Of a DNA stretch of 28,031 nt, positions 27,800 through 28,031 are shown piece after piece. The translations under genes were made by a program, and so were the position numbers. This DNA is from a virus (lineage: Duplodnaviria; Caudoviricetes), in IMG/VR virus record IMGVR_UViG_3300035548_000535, positions 1-28,031 of that record. One strand, 5' to 3'. The notes below the pieces were generated by a model that saw nothing but the letters and a program-made list of their open reading frames with translations, was not told the DNA's origin and did no database searches. Each line of letters begins with the position of its first letter. Position 1 is the stretch's first letter.

Positions 27800-27851
27800 C
27801 CAATTCATCCTCGGGGCAAGCGGACGAGGTTTTCTTGGAAATTCCCTATAA
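27800..27851 (-). repeat. IS200/IS605 left end with TTAT target tetranucleotide (27851-27848)
   Basis: Minus strand TTAT|AGGGAATTTCCAAG-AAAA-CCTCG-tccgcttgccc-CGAGG-ATGAATTGG; guide AAAA at +15..+18. Confidence 0.75.
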
Positions 27852-27906
27852 CGGTTGAACTCACGGGCGGGTGCTTTTCCCCGTCCCGTGTAGTGATTGG
27901 TTATGC
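27848..27906 (-). other. Integron attC-like recombination site, interrupted in R' by the IS element
   Basis: Minus strand GCATAAC (R'')-CAATC-ACTACACG (L'')-GGACGGG-gaaaagca-CCCGCC-CGTGAGT (L')-TCAACC-GTTAT (R'); two extrahelical bases at the usual positions. Confidence 0.75.
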
Positions 27907-28029
27907 CTTTTGTGCCAAGTATCCAGAACATAGGTGGACACCAATTATTGTCAGTGTACAGTTCTGCTTCGATTCATAATCACGGCTGAAAGCTTTGGGG
28001 ATTGGGTTTCTTGTGACAACCACATTCGT
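27901..28029 (-). CDS. Possible 3' end of a cassette ORF entering from beyond the window
   Basis: Frame open from the window edge and stopping at the TAA inside attC R'' (...GYLAQKA*), as is typical of cassette genes; too short to verify. Confidence 0.3.
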   Translation of the reverse strand, partial: TNVVVTRNPIPKAFSRDYESKQNCTLTIIGVHLCSGYLAQKA

Positions 28030-28031
28030 GC

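Larger units (their letters stand above)
26734..27847 (-). mobile_element. Non-autonomous IS200/IS605-family derivative carrying a LAGLIDADG endonuclease
   Basis: LE hairpin with AAAA guide following a TTAT target; RE hairpin with GAAG guide and terminal TCAC; tnpB 3' remnant; AT-rich interior; no tnpA. Confidence 0.82.

Noticed and set aside
27797-27979. 60-aa + strand ORF
   Set aside because: Runs across the IS left end and the attC hairpin; no RBS or motif.
1-28031. CRISPR array, tRNA/rRNA genes, second VR, cin/cix inversion system
   Set aside because: None seen by eye. A second DGR target outside the window cannot be excluded.

Overview
Most of the window (about 1-26.6 kb, + strand) is the virion-morphogenesis region of a P1-like phage or phage-plasmid. 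Gene order is tape measure (partial), baseplate genes, tail-fibre genes, hdf-darA-ddrA, accessory enzymes, ddrB-like, darB, ulx, portal and prohead protease. At the position where P1 has its Cin-invertible tail-fibre segment, this element carries a complete diversity-generating retroelement (DGR): Mtd-like target with VR 7146-7257, avd, TR 7676-7787 and RT; all 14 TR/VR mismatches are at TR adenines. The most unusual part is the right end. A 1.1-kb AT-rich non-autonomous IS200/IS605-type element (26734-27847, - strand) has intact left and right ends, but a LAGLIDADG endonuclease gene replaces tnpB except for its last 38 codons and the omega-RNA region. This element is inserted in the R' box of an integron attC-like site. 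Other observations are a shared N-terminal motif in DarB and DdrB, recurring hydrophobic-hydrophobic-E-S-A motifs in head-associated proteins, an apparently split BTLCP peptidase, and a candidate type I toxin-like locus. P1 gene names rest on recalled motifs, sizes and synteny, not on a database search.
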